A stretch of 32,057 nt of DNA from Omnitrophica bacterium GWA2_41_15 (GCA_919902485.1 CAKKRB010000240.1:1-32057), one strand, 5' to 3'; shown: positions 1 to 8,038, counted from the first letter of the stretch. Translations and numbers: made by a program. The notes: generated from the letters alone by a model not told the origin.

Positions 1-378
1 GGCTGGGGCCATTCGGCACAGAGAGTGTTTCGCCGTGCGCTACGGTTTACGGCTCCCCCACACCCAGACAATACTCTGGGTACATAGATACCATCTCTGG
101 GTGTGGGGTTCGCCGTAATTCCTTGCGCATCTATATTCAAAAGAATCTATTATGCCGAAACCTCTCAAATGTGCCTCAGACCCCAGCCTGCACAGGGCGA
201 GCGACCCTTCGACAAGTGGTTCGACAGGGCTCACCACCTTGAACCATCCTGAGCGAAGTCGAAGGGGCTCAGGGTTCTTAGAGTCCCGAGCGAAGCCGAG
301 GGACGAGAATCGGCGCGGAGCGAAGGACGCCACGCTGGGACGTCCGAGCGTCTTTTCGTAGGCCTGCCTTAGCCCTGC
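1..378 (+). repeat. Copy A (5'-truncated by the window edge) of a ~380-nt GC-rich interspersed structured element. It carries an extra 45-nt module (306-350) and a degenerate right end.
   Basis: 3-54 aligns to 26971-27022 with 6 mismatches by eye. 109-305 aligns to 27063-27259 with 4 mismatches, and 149-305 is identical to 27103-27259. GC-rich against an AT-rich background. Confidence 0.9.
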
Positions 379-389
379 TTAAATTTGTC

Positions 390-1856
390 ATGGGTTACAA
401 AGAAGCTGTTGACTACATCAACTCCTTTATAAATTTCGAAAAGATCCCTAAATATCAATATACAGCTTCATTCAGGCTGGAGCGGATGGAAGCTATTTTA
501 GAGGAATTGGGCAATCCGCATAAAGGGCTTAACGCGATACACGTTGCAGGGTCTAAGGGCAAGGGTTCTACCTGTGCTATTACAGCTTATATTTTAAAGG
601 AGGCAGGATATAAGGTAGGATTGTATACTTCCCCGCATCTTTTAGATTTTAAGGAGAGAATTAGGATATTGTATAACCATCCTAATTGTGTAGGGAACGG
701 TTTTAAACCGTTCCCTACGGCTTTTGAAGGGATGATAAGCGAAGAAGAATTTATTGAACTCGTAGAAGAGATAATGCCTGTGGTGGAAAAATTCAGAGAA
801 CATAAAATTTTCGGCAAGGCGTCTTTTTTTGAAATAGTTACCGCATGCGCTTTTTTATATTTTAAGAAACAAAGAGTTGACGCAGTGGTTTTAGAAACAG
901 GGCTTGGCGGCAGGCTTGATGCGACAAATGCAGTAAAGCCTTTAGCGTGCGGAATAACAAACATAAGCCTTGAGCATACTGATAAATTAGGGGATACTCT
1001 TGAAAAGATTGCGTATGAGAAGGCGGGAATAATAAAAGGTGCCCCTCGACTTCGCTCGGGACGAGAAGGGTGGAGGGTGAAGGGTGGAGGGACGGTGGTT
1101 AGCGCAAGACAGGAAAAAGAGGCTGCTGAAACCATAAGAAAGGTTTGCAAAGAAAAGAACGCAGGATTATATGAAGTGGGCAAAGATATACAATATTCTA
1201 TTGTAAGCTCAGATGAGAATAGCCAGGTTTTTGATTTAGAAGGGCCAGGGTATTCATATAAAAACCTGGAGTTAAATTTGATAGGCATGCATCAGGTTGA
1301 AAATGCGGCTATTAGCATTGGTATAATAGAATCTCTGGGTGATAAATTTAAAATTAAGGAGTCGGACATAAGAAAAGGTTTAAAAAATGCAATATGGCCT
1401 GGAAGGCTGCAGGCGATCAGTAGAAATCCTTACATAATATTAGACGGCGCGCATAATTCTGCCAGTATTTCTGCATTGATTAGTTCTATAAAGAAACTGT
1501 TCAAATATAGAAAATTGATAAGCGTGTTCGGGATATCAAGCGACAAGGATGTAAAAGGAGTCAGCAGCATGCTGGGGGCTGTAAGCGATATAATGATATT
1601 AACCAGGGCAAAGGATAATCCCAGAGCCAAGGATACAGCAACACTAAAAGCTAATTTTAAAAAGCCAGAACTCATGCTTGAAGAAAGCAGTAATGCGGAT
1701 GAGGCTATAGAAAAGGCATTGAAACTTGCGGATAAAGAAGATTTAATACTGGTTACTGGCTCGCTGTTTCTGGTAGGCGATGCCATGAGCTATTTTAAAA
1801 ATGCAAAAGTTGAAACGTTAATTCACAAAACAAGTCATACTCGTTTTGTGAATTAA
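390..1856 (+). CDS. folC: Folylpolyglutamate synthase / dihydrofolate synthase (FolC, Mur-ligase family), lengthened by in-frame inserts
   Basis: P-loop HVAGSKGKGST, TSPHL, EKAGIIK and ILDGAHN motifs typical of FolC. 488 aa is longer than I recall for the family. Confidence 0.9.
   Translation: MGYKEAVDYINSFINFEKIPKYQYTASFRLERMEAILEELGNPHKGLNAIHVAGSKGKGSTCAITAYILKEAGYKVGLYTSPHLLDFKERIRILYNHPNCVGNGFKPFPTAFEGMISEEEFIELVEEIMPVVEKFREHKIFGKASFFEIVTACAFLYFKKQRVDAVVLETGLGGRLDATNAVKPLACGITNISLEHTDKLGDTLEKIAYEKAGIIKGAPRLRSGREGWRVKGGGTVVSARQEKEAAETIRKVCKEKNAGLYEVGKDIQYSIVSSDENSQVFDLEGPGYSYKNLELNLIGMHQVENAAISIGIIESLGDKFKIKESDIRKGLKNAIWPGRLQAISRNPYIILDGAHNSASISALISSIKKLFKYRKLISVFGISSDKDVKGVSSMLGAVSDIMILTRAKDNPRAKDTATLKANFKKPELMLEESSNADEAIEKALKLADKEDLILVTGSLFLVGDAMSYFKNAKVETLIHKTSHTRFVN
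690..718. repeat. 29-nt palindromic insert inside folC (gtagggaacgg-ttttaaa-ccgttccctac)
   Basis: Perfect 11-bp arms around TTTTAAA. Both strands translate to VGNG(F/L)KPFPT (compare the shadow ORF 587-1288). Confidence 0.85.
1041..1092 (-). repeat. GC-rich in-frame insert in folC. It holds a reverse-oriented copy of a hairpin module of the large element plus a tandem 14-nt direct repeat.
   Basis: The reverse complement of 1041-1062 is gtcccgagcgaagtcgaggggc, versus gtcccgagcgaagccgagggac at 283-304 and 27237-27258. 1065-1078 and 1079-1092 are gaagggtggaggg(t/a) twice. Confidence 0.8.
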
Positions 1857-1858
1857 CG
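1816..1858 (+). repeat. 43-nt AT-rich hairpin repeat, copy 1 (16-bp perfect stem, 11-nt loop), overlapping the folC 3' end and stop codon
   Basis: cgttaattcacaaaac / aagtcatactc / gttttgtgaattaacg, identical to 3328-3370. The folC TAA (1854-1856) lies in the 3' arm. Confidence 0.9.
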
Positions 1859-1864
1859 GGATAC

Positions 1865-3298
1865 ATGGTGTCTATTGTGAATAATATTTACTTAGATGAT
1901 ACGATTGCAGCGGTTTCAACTCCCATAGGCGAAGGCGGGATAGGGATTGTCAGGCTTAGCGGCAAGGACAGCCTGAAGATAGCGGACAAGGTATTCCAGT
2001 CTAAAGACGGCAAAAAATCTTCCAAATTCAAAACTTATACAGTTCACTATGGACACATTATACAAAAAGAGCACCAGAGCACCAGAGCACCAGAGCACCA
2101 GAAAGTTGTTGATGAAGTGATTTTAACAGTGATGAGGGGCCCGAGAAGTTATACCAAGGAGGATGTGGTTGAAATAAATTGTCATAGCGGGATAGCTCCT
2201 TTAAAAAAAATATTAGACCTTTGCCTTATAAACGGGGCAAGGCTTGCGGAACCAGGTGAATTCACGAGGAGGGCGTTTCTAAATGGAAGAATTGATGTTC
2301 TGCAGGCAGAAGCAGTGCTGGATATTATAAAGGCAAAGACAGAGCTTTCCCTGAGGTCTGCTTTGAATAACCTTGAAGGCCTTTTTTCAAAAAAGATAAA
2401 TGAGATCAGGGAGAGTTTGATTGAAATATATGCTTACATGGAGGCTTGTATAGATTTTTCAGAAGAGGATCTTAAGGGATTAAGGCAGGCTGATCTATTT
2501 AAAAGGTTAGATAAAATAAAAAGTGAAATAGAAAAGTTAATTTCAGGCTCAAATCAGGGCAGGATCTTGCGGCAGGGTATAAAAACAGTCATATGCGGCA
2601 GCCCTAATGTGGGCAAGTCCAGCCTTATGAACGCTATATTAAAGGAGTCCAGGTCTATTGTAACCCATATTCCAGGCACCACAAGGGATACAATAGAAGA
2701 GGTTGTGAATATTAAAGGCATACCTGTCACGCTTATTGATACAGCAGGCATAACAGACACAGACCATCCTGTGGAAAAGGAAGGCATAAGAAGAAGTCAT
2801 ATTTATTTAGGAAACGCAGATCTGGTTTTGCTGGTTTTAGACGGATCCAGAAGGCTTAATAAAGATGACCTGGATATAATAAGGAAAATAAGGGATAATA
2901 AGGAGATAATAGTTGTTATAAACAAAATAGACCTGAAAGTTAAATTGGATATAAAAAGGCTTAAGAAATTTTTTCCTAAAAGCTCTTTTATCCGCGTATC
3001 TGCTTTGAATTTAAAAGGCGTAAATAAGCTGGAGAATGAAATATGGGATACGGTATGGAAGGGCAAGGCTCCTGCTGGGGATTTCATAGGTGTTTCAAAT
3101 GAAAGGCAGCTTGAAATATTAAGAAGATGTATTTTAGATATAAATGAGGCAGTAAAGGCGCATAAAAGCAGCGTATCCATAGATTGCATAAGTGTTTATG
3201 TGCGCTCTAGCATAGAATCTCTGAGTGAGATAACAGGACATACGATAACTGAACAGGCGCTTGATAAGATATTTTCGAAATTTTGCATTGGCAAATAG
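1865..3298 (+). CDS. mnmE: tRNA modification GTPase MnmE (TrmE)
   Basis: G1 GSPNVGKSS, G3 DTAG, G4 NKID, and the C-terminal CIGK tetrapeptide characteristic of MnmE. Confidence 0.93.
   Translation: MVSIVNNIYLDDTIAAVSTPIGEGGIGIVRLSGKDSLKIADKVFQSKDGKKSSKFKTYTVHYGHIIQKEHQSTRAPEHQKVVDEVILTVMRGPRSYTKEDVVEINCHSGIAPLKKILDLCLINGARLAEPGEFTRRAFLNGRIDVLQAEAVLDIIKAKTELSLRSALNNLEGLFSKKINEIRESLIEIYAYMEACIDFSEEDLKGLRQADLFKRLDKIKSEIEKLISGSNQGRILRQGIKTVICGSPNVGKSSLMNAILKESRSIVTHIPGTTRDTIEEVVNIKGIPVTLIDTAGITDTDHPVEKEGIRRSHIYLGNADLVLLVLDGSRRLNKDDLDIIRKIRDNKEIIVVINKIDLKVKLDIKRLKKFFPKSSFIRVSALNLKGVNKLENEIWDTVWKGKAPAGDFIGVSNERQLEILRRCILDINEAVKAHKSSVSIDCISVYVRSSIESLSEITGHTITEQALDKIFSKFCIGK
2068..2102 (+). repeat. 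Octanucleotide tandem repeat (GCACCAGA x4, preceded by a partial unit AGA) inside mnmE
   Basis: Units at 2071-2078, 2079-2086, 2087-2094 and 2095-2102, read directly. Encodes KEHQSTRAPEHQK. Confidence 0.95.
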
Positions 3299-3327
3299 AT
3301 AGACAGGTTTTACAATGTTGTCCTAAT

Positions 3328-3380
3328 CGTTAATTCACAAAACAAGTCATACTCGTTTTGTGAATTAACGGGATTTTTTT
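3328..3380 (+). terminator. Copy 2 of the 43-nt hairpin repeat followed by a T7 run; intrinsic-terminator-like element after mnmE
   Basis: The same 16-bp stem (3328-3343 / 3355-3370), then gga + ttttttt (3374-3380), then an A8 run. Confidence 0.6.
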
Positions 3381-3404
3381 AAAAAAAATGGAGAGGGGGA
3401 AGAG

Positions 3405-3962
3405 ATGGACAAGGGTAAAATAAAGAAGGCAGTAAGGATGATTTTGGAAGCAGTTGGCGAAAACCCAAACAGGGAAGACCTTAAAAAAACGCCTGAAAGG
3501 GTAGCGGATATGTATGAGGAGATATTCAGCGGCATATCAAAGGATCCTGCAAGAGAATTAGAAGTGCTTCTGGCTGAAAAACACGATGAAATAGTGCTTT
3601 TAAAAGACATACCTTTATATTCTATATGCGAACACCATCTTTTGCCTTTCACAGGCAAAGCCCATATTGCTTATATACCTAAAAATAACAAGGTTACAGG
3701 CTTAAGCAAGATAACAAGAGTTCTAGAGATTCTTTCAAAGAGACTCCAGGTGCAGGAAAGACTTACAACTGAAGTAGCTGAAATACTCATGAAAAAACTA
3801 AAACCAATGGGCGTGATGGTTATTATAGAGGCAGAGCACCTTTGCATGAGCATGAGAGGGGTTAAAAAATCAGGTGTTTTAACAGTTACAAGCGCTGTGA
3901 GAGGTGTTTTTAAGGAAAATCAAAAAACAAGGGCAGAGACACTAGCCCTTATAAAGAGTTAA
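3405..3962 (+). CDS. folE: GTP cyclohydrolase I (FolE)
   Basis: 185 aa, CEHHLLPF active-site motif, strong GGAGAGGGGG Shine-Dalgarno region upstream. Confidence 0.92.
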   Translation: MDKGKIKKAVRMILEAVGENPNREDLKKTPERVADMYEEIFSGISKDPARELEVLLAEKHDEIVLLKDIPLYSICEHHLLPFTGKAHIAYIPKNNKVTGLSKITRVLEILSKRLQVQERLTTEVAEILMKKLKPMGVMVIIEAEHLCMSMRGVKKSGVLTVTSAVRGVFKENQKTRAETLALIKS

Positions 3963-4000
3963 AATCATACAATATAGTTTAAAAAAAGATAAAAAAAGTG

Positions 4001-4029
4001 TTGACAAATTATTTAATATAGGGTATACT
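4001..4029 (+). promoter_or_regulatory. Near-consensus sigma70-type promoter for the polysaccharide locus
   Basis: TTGACA (4001-4006), 17-nt spacer, TATACT (4024-4029), in an AT-rich intergenic region upstream of the first locus gene. Confidence 0.55.
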
Positions 4030-4091
4030 CTTCTCAAGGTTTGTATCCCTCGCAACTCCATGAAAAACATTATAGACGCTCGGAGGCAATA

Positions 4092-5261
4092 ATGAGAAAA
4101 GTATACCCCATATTTATTTTTATAATTTTTGTAAGTCTTTTATGCGCGCCATTTTTATATGCCATGGAACAGGAACCCAGGCCTGAAAAACCTAAGTTAT
4201 CCCCATGGGGCGAGATAAAACTCCAGTATGATGACAATGTTTTTCTGGACAGGGAAAACAAAAAGTCTGATTTTATAGTAACCTTGACCCCTGGAGTAAC
4301 TGCGTATCTTCCTTTTAGCGACAATCTTCTTAAGCTTGATTACCATGTAGATTTCAACAGGTTTGCGGACAATACATCGCAGAATGCTACAAATCATTAT
4401 CTTTCAGGAAATCTTGAACTAGACTGGAGGAACCTTACCTTTAATATATACGATAAATTCAGCCGCGCATTTGAAAGGCCAAGTACTGAAGATGCTACAA
4501 GGGTGAAGAGGCAGGATAACAGGGCAGGCATTACTGTAAATTTTCAAAAGGACAGGCTTGGCATACAGCTTGGTTTTGAGAATTTCAAGAGGGATTATAT
4601 AACACCTGCTTATGACCAGTATGACAGGACAGAATATATATATTCTTTAATGGCCACGCATCAGACATTCTCAAAAACAAAACTTCTCATGGAATACGAT
4701 TTTGGAGACATAAAGTATGATCATAGCACTACCAATTCTGATTCAAATTACCATCAATTGCTGGTTGGCGCTATAGGCGAACTTACGCCAAAGACAACAG
4801 CCGCTATAAAAGTTGGTACTCAGTTCAGAAATTACAAGGACTCAGGAATTCCTGAGTTCAATACGCTGGTAATTTACTCAGATATGATACATAAATTTTC
4901 AGACAAAGATGCTCTGAAGCTTTTATTTACCAGGACAGCCAATGAATCCACCTATCAAAATAACAGTTATTATGAATTAAACAACGTCAATGGAATCTAT
5001 GACCATTTCTTCACACCTAAATTACTCGGTTTTGTTACAGGCGTATATGAAGAGCATACTTATCCGCGCGAAAGCACAGAAGGGGCTGAAACCAAAAAGA
5101 GAGATGATAAATATTACTCAGCAGGCGCAGGCCTTAAGTATTATCTCCAGAAGTGGCTCACTCTTACTTTACAGGCAGAACACATTATAAGGAATTCAAA
5201 CTTCGGTGTGTTTGACTATCGCGATAATCTTATTACACTCAGCGCAAAAGCAGTATTGTAA
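4092..5261 (+). CDS. Putative outer-membrane beta-barrel protein of the polysaccharide export locus (the ATG at 4092 is preferred over the ORF-track start at 4041)
   Basis: N-terminal signal peptide MRKVYPIFIFIIFVSLLCAPFLYA. Alternating, aromatic-rich strands throughout. Located directly upstream of the Wza-like gene. Confidence 0.5.
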   Translation: MRKVYPIFIFIIFVSLLCAPFLYAMEQEPRPEKPKLSPWGEIKLQYDDNVFLDRENKKSDFIVTLTPGVTAYLPFSDNLLKLDYHVDFNRFADNTSQNATNHYLSGNLELDWRNLTFNIYDKFSRAFERPSTEDATRVKRQDNRAGITVNFQKDRLGIQLGFENFKRDYITPAYDQYDRTEYIYSLMATHQTFSKTKLLMEYDFGDIKYDHSTTNSDSNYHQLLVGAIGELTPKTTAAIKVGTQFRNYKDSGIPEFNTLVIYSDMIHKFSDKDALKLLFTRTANESTYQNNSYYELNNVNGIYDHFFTPKLLGFVTGVYEEHTYPRESTEGAETKKRDDKYYSAGAGLKYYLQKWLTLTLQAEHIIRNSNFGVFDYRDNLITLSAKAVL

Positions 5262-5276
5262 AAAAGGATCAATGTT

Positions 5277-5843
5277 ATGAAATTTTATATTTGTTTTTTT
5301 TGTTTCTTCATTATGTTTAACTTTTCAAATGTATTTTGTGAAGAGTATAAGATTGATACAGGCGATGTTCTTACAATAACCGTATACGAGCAGCAAGATC
5401 TTACAACAAAAGCAAGAGTTAACTCAAGAGGCGAGATTACTTTTCCTTTATTGGGCAATGTGCATGTAAGCGGGCTTACTATAGACGAGGTGGGTAAGAT
5501 TATAACAACTCTCTTGGAAAAAGATTATTTAGTTAATCCTCAAGTAAATGTTTTTATAGATACATATCATCCTGAAAAGGTATTTGTAATGGGTTTTGTG
5601 AACAGACCCGGGGAATATGAGCTTTCCAAAGACAGGCCAACCACATTTCTGGAAGCAATAACAATGGCAGGCGGCTTTAAACAGGGAGCAGCCCAGAACG
5701 GAACCAAGGTTATACGCGCAGAAGACGGGAAGGAAGTTACTATTCCTATAAGGGTTACAGATATAACGGAAAAAGGCGATAAGGAAAAAGATATTCCGCT
5801 TAAACCAGGCGATATTATTGTAGTGCCTGAAAGTTTCTTCTAA
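5277..5843 (+). CDS. Polysaccharide export protein, Wza/EpsE-like (Poly_export + SLBB)
   Basis: Signal peptide plus YKIDTGDVLTI, FPLLGNVHVSGLT and NRPGEY motifs typical of the family. Confidence 0.85.
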   Translation: MKFYICFFCFFIMFNFSNVFCEEYKIDTGDVLTITVYEQQDLTTKARVNSRGEITFPLLGNVHVSGLTIDEVGKIITTLLEKDYLVNPQVNVFIDTYHPEKVFVMGFVNRPGEYELSKDRPTTFLEAITMAGGFKQGAAQNGTKVIRAEDGKEVTIPIRVTDITEKGDKEKDIPLKPGDIIVVPESFF

Positions 5844-5856
5844 GGAGCAAGTAAGC

Positions 5857-7932
5857 ATGCAGATCAGCGATTTCAATAAGGATATACATATAAGGGATTA
5901 TCTGTCGATATTGATACGCAGGAAATGGATAGTCATAAGCTTCTTATTTATAACAGTCACTACCATTACAGCACTAACCTTTATGCAGAAGAATGTATAC
6001 AGGGCCACAGCTACTGTAATTGTGGATGCGGAAAGCCCTGACGTGTTGTCTGTAAAGGATATTGTTAAGCTGGGCGAGGCCAATTATTTTGCTTATAAGG
6101 ATTATATTGAAACTCAACAGGAGATAATAAGGTCAAGGCGCATGGCGCATAGCGTAATGAAAAACCTGAAACTGAAAGATAGAACTGAATTCCAGGAAGC
6201 AAAAGACCCGCTGGAAACCCTGCTTAAAAAACTGCGCGTTGAACTTGTGAGGGGCACCAGAATCCTTAAGATAAACATAGATGATAATGACCCTGTTCAA
6301 GCAGCCCGCCTGGCCAATGAATTTGCCAATGTTTATGCAAATTCTAACATTTCATTAAAAATGAAAACTTCCAACGATGCAGAGGATTGGCTTAAGAAAG
6401 AGGTTGATAAGCAAAAAATGAAGGTCAGGGATTCCGAATATAAATTACAGGCCTATAAAGAAAAAAATGACATAATCTCCATAGAAAATAAAGAAAATAT
6501 TATAAACGACAGTCTTGTAAGTATTAACGGGAGCTATCTGGCTGCGCAGAAGAAAAGGGTTGAGGCAGAGACTACTTATAAGAGTTTAGTGGACAGAGAG
6601 GGCAATCTGCAGTTAGAAAAACTTCCGACTCTTTTTGCTGACAATGATATTTTAAAGGAATTAAAAAAGGAATATCTGAAACAGGAAACGATTTTAGTTG
6701 AGTATAGAAAAGTTTATAAGGATAAGCACCCTAAAATGATAAGGCTTTTTGAAAATATAGATTATATAAAATCCCGCATAAAAACTGAAGTAGAAAACGA
6801 ATATAATTATGCAAAAGAAGATGAGGCCAAGTTCAAAAAGATGCTGGATGACCAGAAAAATGAATCCCTGGCCCTGGAACGCAGAATTATAGACTATAAT
6901 GCCTTGAAAAGGGAGGTAGAAACAAATGAGCGTGTGCTGGATATTGTCCTGAACAGATTAAAAGAGACCTCAATATCAAGCCAGGTGCAGACAAACAATG
7001 TACGCGTTCAGGATCTGGCAGAGGCCCCTAAAAAACCTATTAAACCCAGGAAAAGACTGAATGTAGCGCTGGCTGTAATAATGGGCCTGGCAGGAGGTAT
7101 AGGCCTTGCATTTTTCAGAGAATACATGGATAACACATTGAAGGATCCAGCTGAAATAGCAGGTTTACTGCAGATACCGGTTCTGGGTTCTGTGCCAAGG
7201 GTTAAAATTGACGGAAAATATATAAAGAACAAATCAGATATAGACAAAATTGTAGAAAAGGATTCAGCCTCTCTGGCTTCTGAGGCATATCGTTCAATAA
7301 GAACGAGTTTATTGTTTTCTTTAGATCAATCAGGTTCTGCGAAAAGCATTGTAATCACAAGTTCAGTTCCCAGGGAAGGCAAAACCCTTACGGCTGTAAA
7401 TCTTGCCATGATGATAGCCAATAGCGGAGAGAAAGTCCTTCTTGTAGATGCTGACATGAGGAAATCCAGGGTTCATACAGTATTCAACATGGAAAATAAA
7501 TCAGGACTTTCACAGTTTCTGACAGGAGACACAGATCTGATAGAAATAGTTAATATTTCAGGGGTAGACAACCTGTATATTGTTTCAGCAGGCAAAAGCA
7601 CTCATAAGCCTGCAGAGCTTTTATCTTCTAATAATATGAAGATTTTCCTTGAGAAGGCAGGGAAAGAATTTTCAAAGATAATCTTTGACACGCCTCCAGT
7701 AGGGCTTGTCACAGATGCAGCCATACTCTCAAGCATCTGCACTGGAACAGTCTTAATAGCCGAAGGCTCAAGGACTAGCAGGGAGTTATTGAAAAGATCA
7801 AAAGAGCTCCTGGATAAGGTAAACGCAAGGATTTTGGGCGTAATAGTTAATAATGTCTCTATCTCAAGAGATAATTATTATTATCCGCATTACTATTACG
7901 GAAGGTACTATAAGACTTCATCTAAAAAATAA
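5857..7932 (+). CDS. Wzc/GumC-like chain-length determinant fused to a bacterial tyrosine autokinase (BY-kinase)
   Basis: N-terminal TM segment and long coiled-coil periplasmic region. Second TM segment. Walker A SVPREGKT, A' LLVDADMRKS, B IIFDTPP. C-terminal Tyr cluster YYYPHYYYGRYY. Confidence 0.9.
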   Translation: MQISDFNKDIHIRDYLSILIRRKWIVISFLFITVTTITALTFMQKNVYRATATVIVDAESPDVLSVKDIVKLGEANYFAYKDYIETQQEIIRSRRMAHSVMKNLKLKDRTEFQEAKDPLETLLKKLRVELVRGTRILKINIDDNDPVQAARLANEFANVYANSNISLKMKTSNDAEDWLKKEVDKQKMKVRDSEYKLQAYKEKNDIISIENKENIINDSLVSINGSYLAAQKKRVEAETTYKSLVDREGNLQLEKLPTLFADNDILKELKKEYLKQETILVEYRKVYKDKHPKMIRLFENIDYIKSRIKTEVENEYNYAKEDEAKFKKMLDDQKNESLALERRIIDYNALKREVETNERVLDIVLNRLKETSISSQVQTNNVRVQDLAEAPKKPIKPRKRLNVALAVIMGLAGGIGLAFFREYMDNTLKDPAEIAGLLQIPVLGSVPRVKIDGKYIKNKSDIDKIVEKDSASLASEAYRSIRTSLLFSLDQSGSAKSIVITSSVPREGKTLTAVNLAMMIANSGEKVLLVDADMRKSRVHTVFNMENKSGLSQFLTGDTDLIEIVNISGVDNLYIVSAGKSTHKPAELLSSNNMKIFLEKAGKEFSKIIFDTPPVGLVTDAAILSSICTGTVLIAEGSRTSRELLKRSKELLDKVNARILGVIVNNVSISRDNYYYPHYYYGRYYKTSSKK

Positions 7933-7979
7933 ACAGGTCTAATATTTTTATTTTTTATCAGGAAATAACAGGTGGATTC

Positions 7980-8008
7980 TTGCTATAAAGTAGTTAAAAA
8001 AATATAAA
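7980..8008 (+). promoter_or_regulatory. Possible sigma70-type promoter upstream of the HD-GYP gene
   Basis: TTGCTA (7980-7985), 17-nt spacer, TATAAA (8003-8008). AAGGAG Shine-Dalgarno at 8027-8032. The AT-rich context makes chance matches likely. Confidence 0.3.
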
Positions 8009-8038
8009 ATCGGATAATATCATTACAAGGAGAAAAAA

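Noticed and set aside
40-333. 97-aa minus-strand ORF across copy A (and the 26893-27084 minus-strand and 26847-27206 plus-strand ORFs across copy B)
   Set aside because: The minus-strand ORFs differ between the two copies because of the swapped hairpin, so no conserved protein is encoded. These are open frames expected by chance in GC-rich sequence.
152-361. 69-aa ORF (MPKPLKCASDPSLHRASDPS...) and the identical 61-aa N-terminal extension of the ORF starting at 27106
   Set aside because: It is a translation of the multi-copy GC-rich element. The peptide is low-complexity and Ser/Arg/Pro/Gly-rich, has no ribosome-binding site, and in copy B runs into a protein that has its own Met plus a canonical signal peptide at 27289.
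587-1288. Long antisense ORFs inside plus-strand genes (587-1288, 12971-13480, 18291-18821, 20744-21247, 30004-30762 and the many shorter ones)
   Set aside because: They are shadow frames opposite well-supported CDSs. They are Ser/Leu/Phe/Ile-rich and low-complexity, with no recognisable motifs or ribosome-binding sites. The same applies to same-strand alternative-frame ORFs such as 4990-5190, 8166-8387 and 8874-9131.
1816-3370. CRISPR array, considered because identical palindromic 43-mers recur
   Set aside because: There are only two copies, about 1.5 kb apart and separated by a complete gene. There is no regular repeat-spacer periodicity and no cas genes in the window.
3299-3404. THF or other folate-related riboswitch upstream of folE (and of folC at 1-389)
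   Set aside because: The folE leader consists essentially of the repeated 43-nt hairpin plus T/A runs. I could not see the conserved THF-riboswitch core. The folC upstream region is a copy of an element that also precedes an unrelated hydrolase gene.
4041-4091. Longer ORF-track starts at 4041 (OM protein), 17416 (DUF362, TTG) and 30820 (lipoprotein)
   Set aside because: Downstream ATGs at 4092, 17464 and 30886 immediately precede a signal peptide, a good GGAGG site or a lipobox respectively. The 4041 start would also fall only 12 nt after the predicted -10 box, and the 30820 start lies in the hairpin element.
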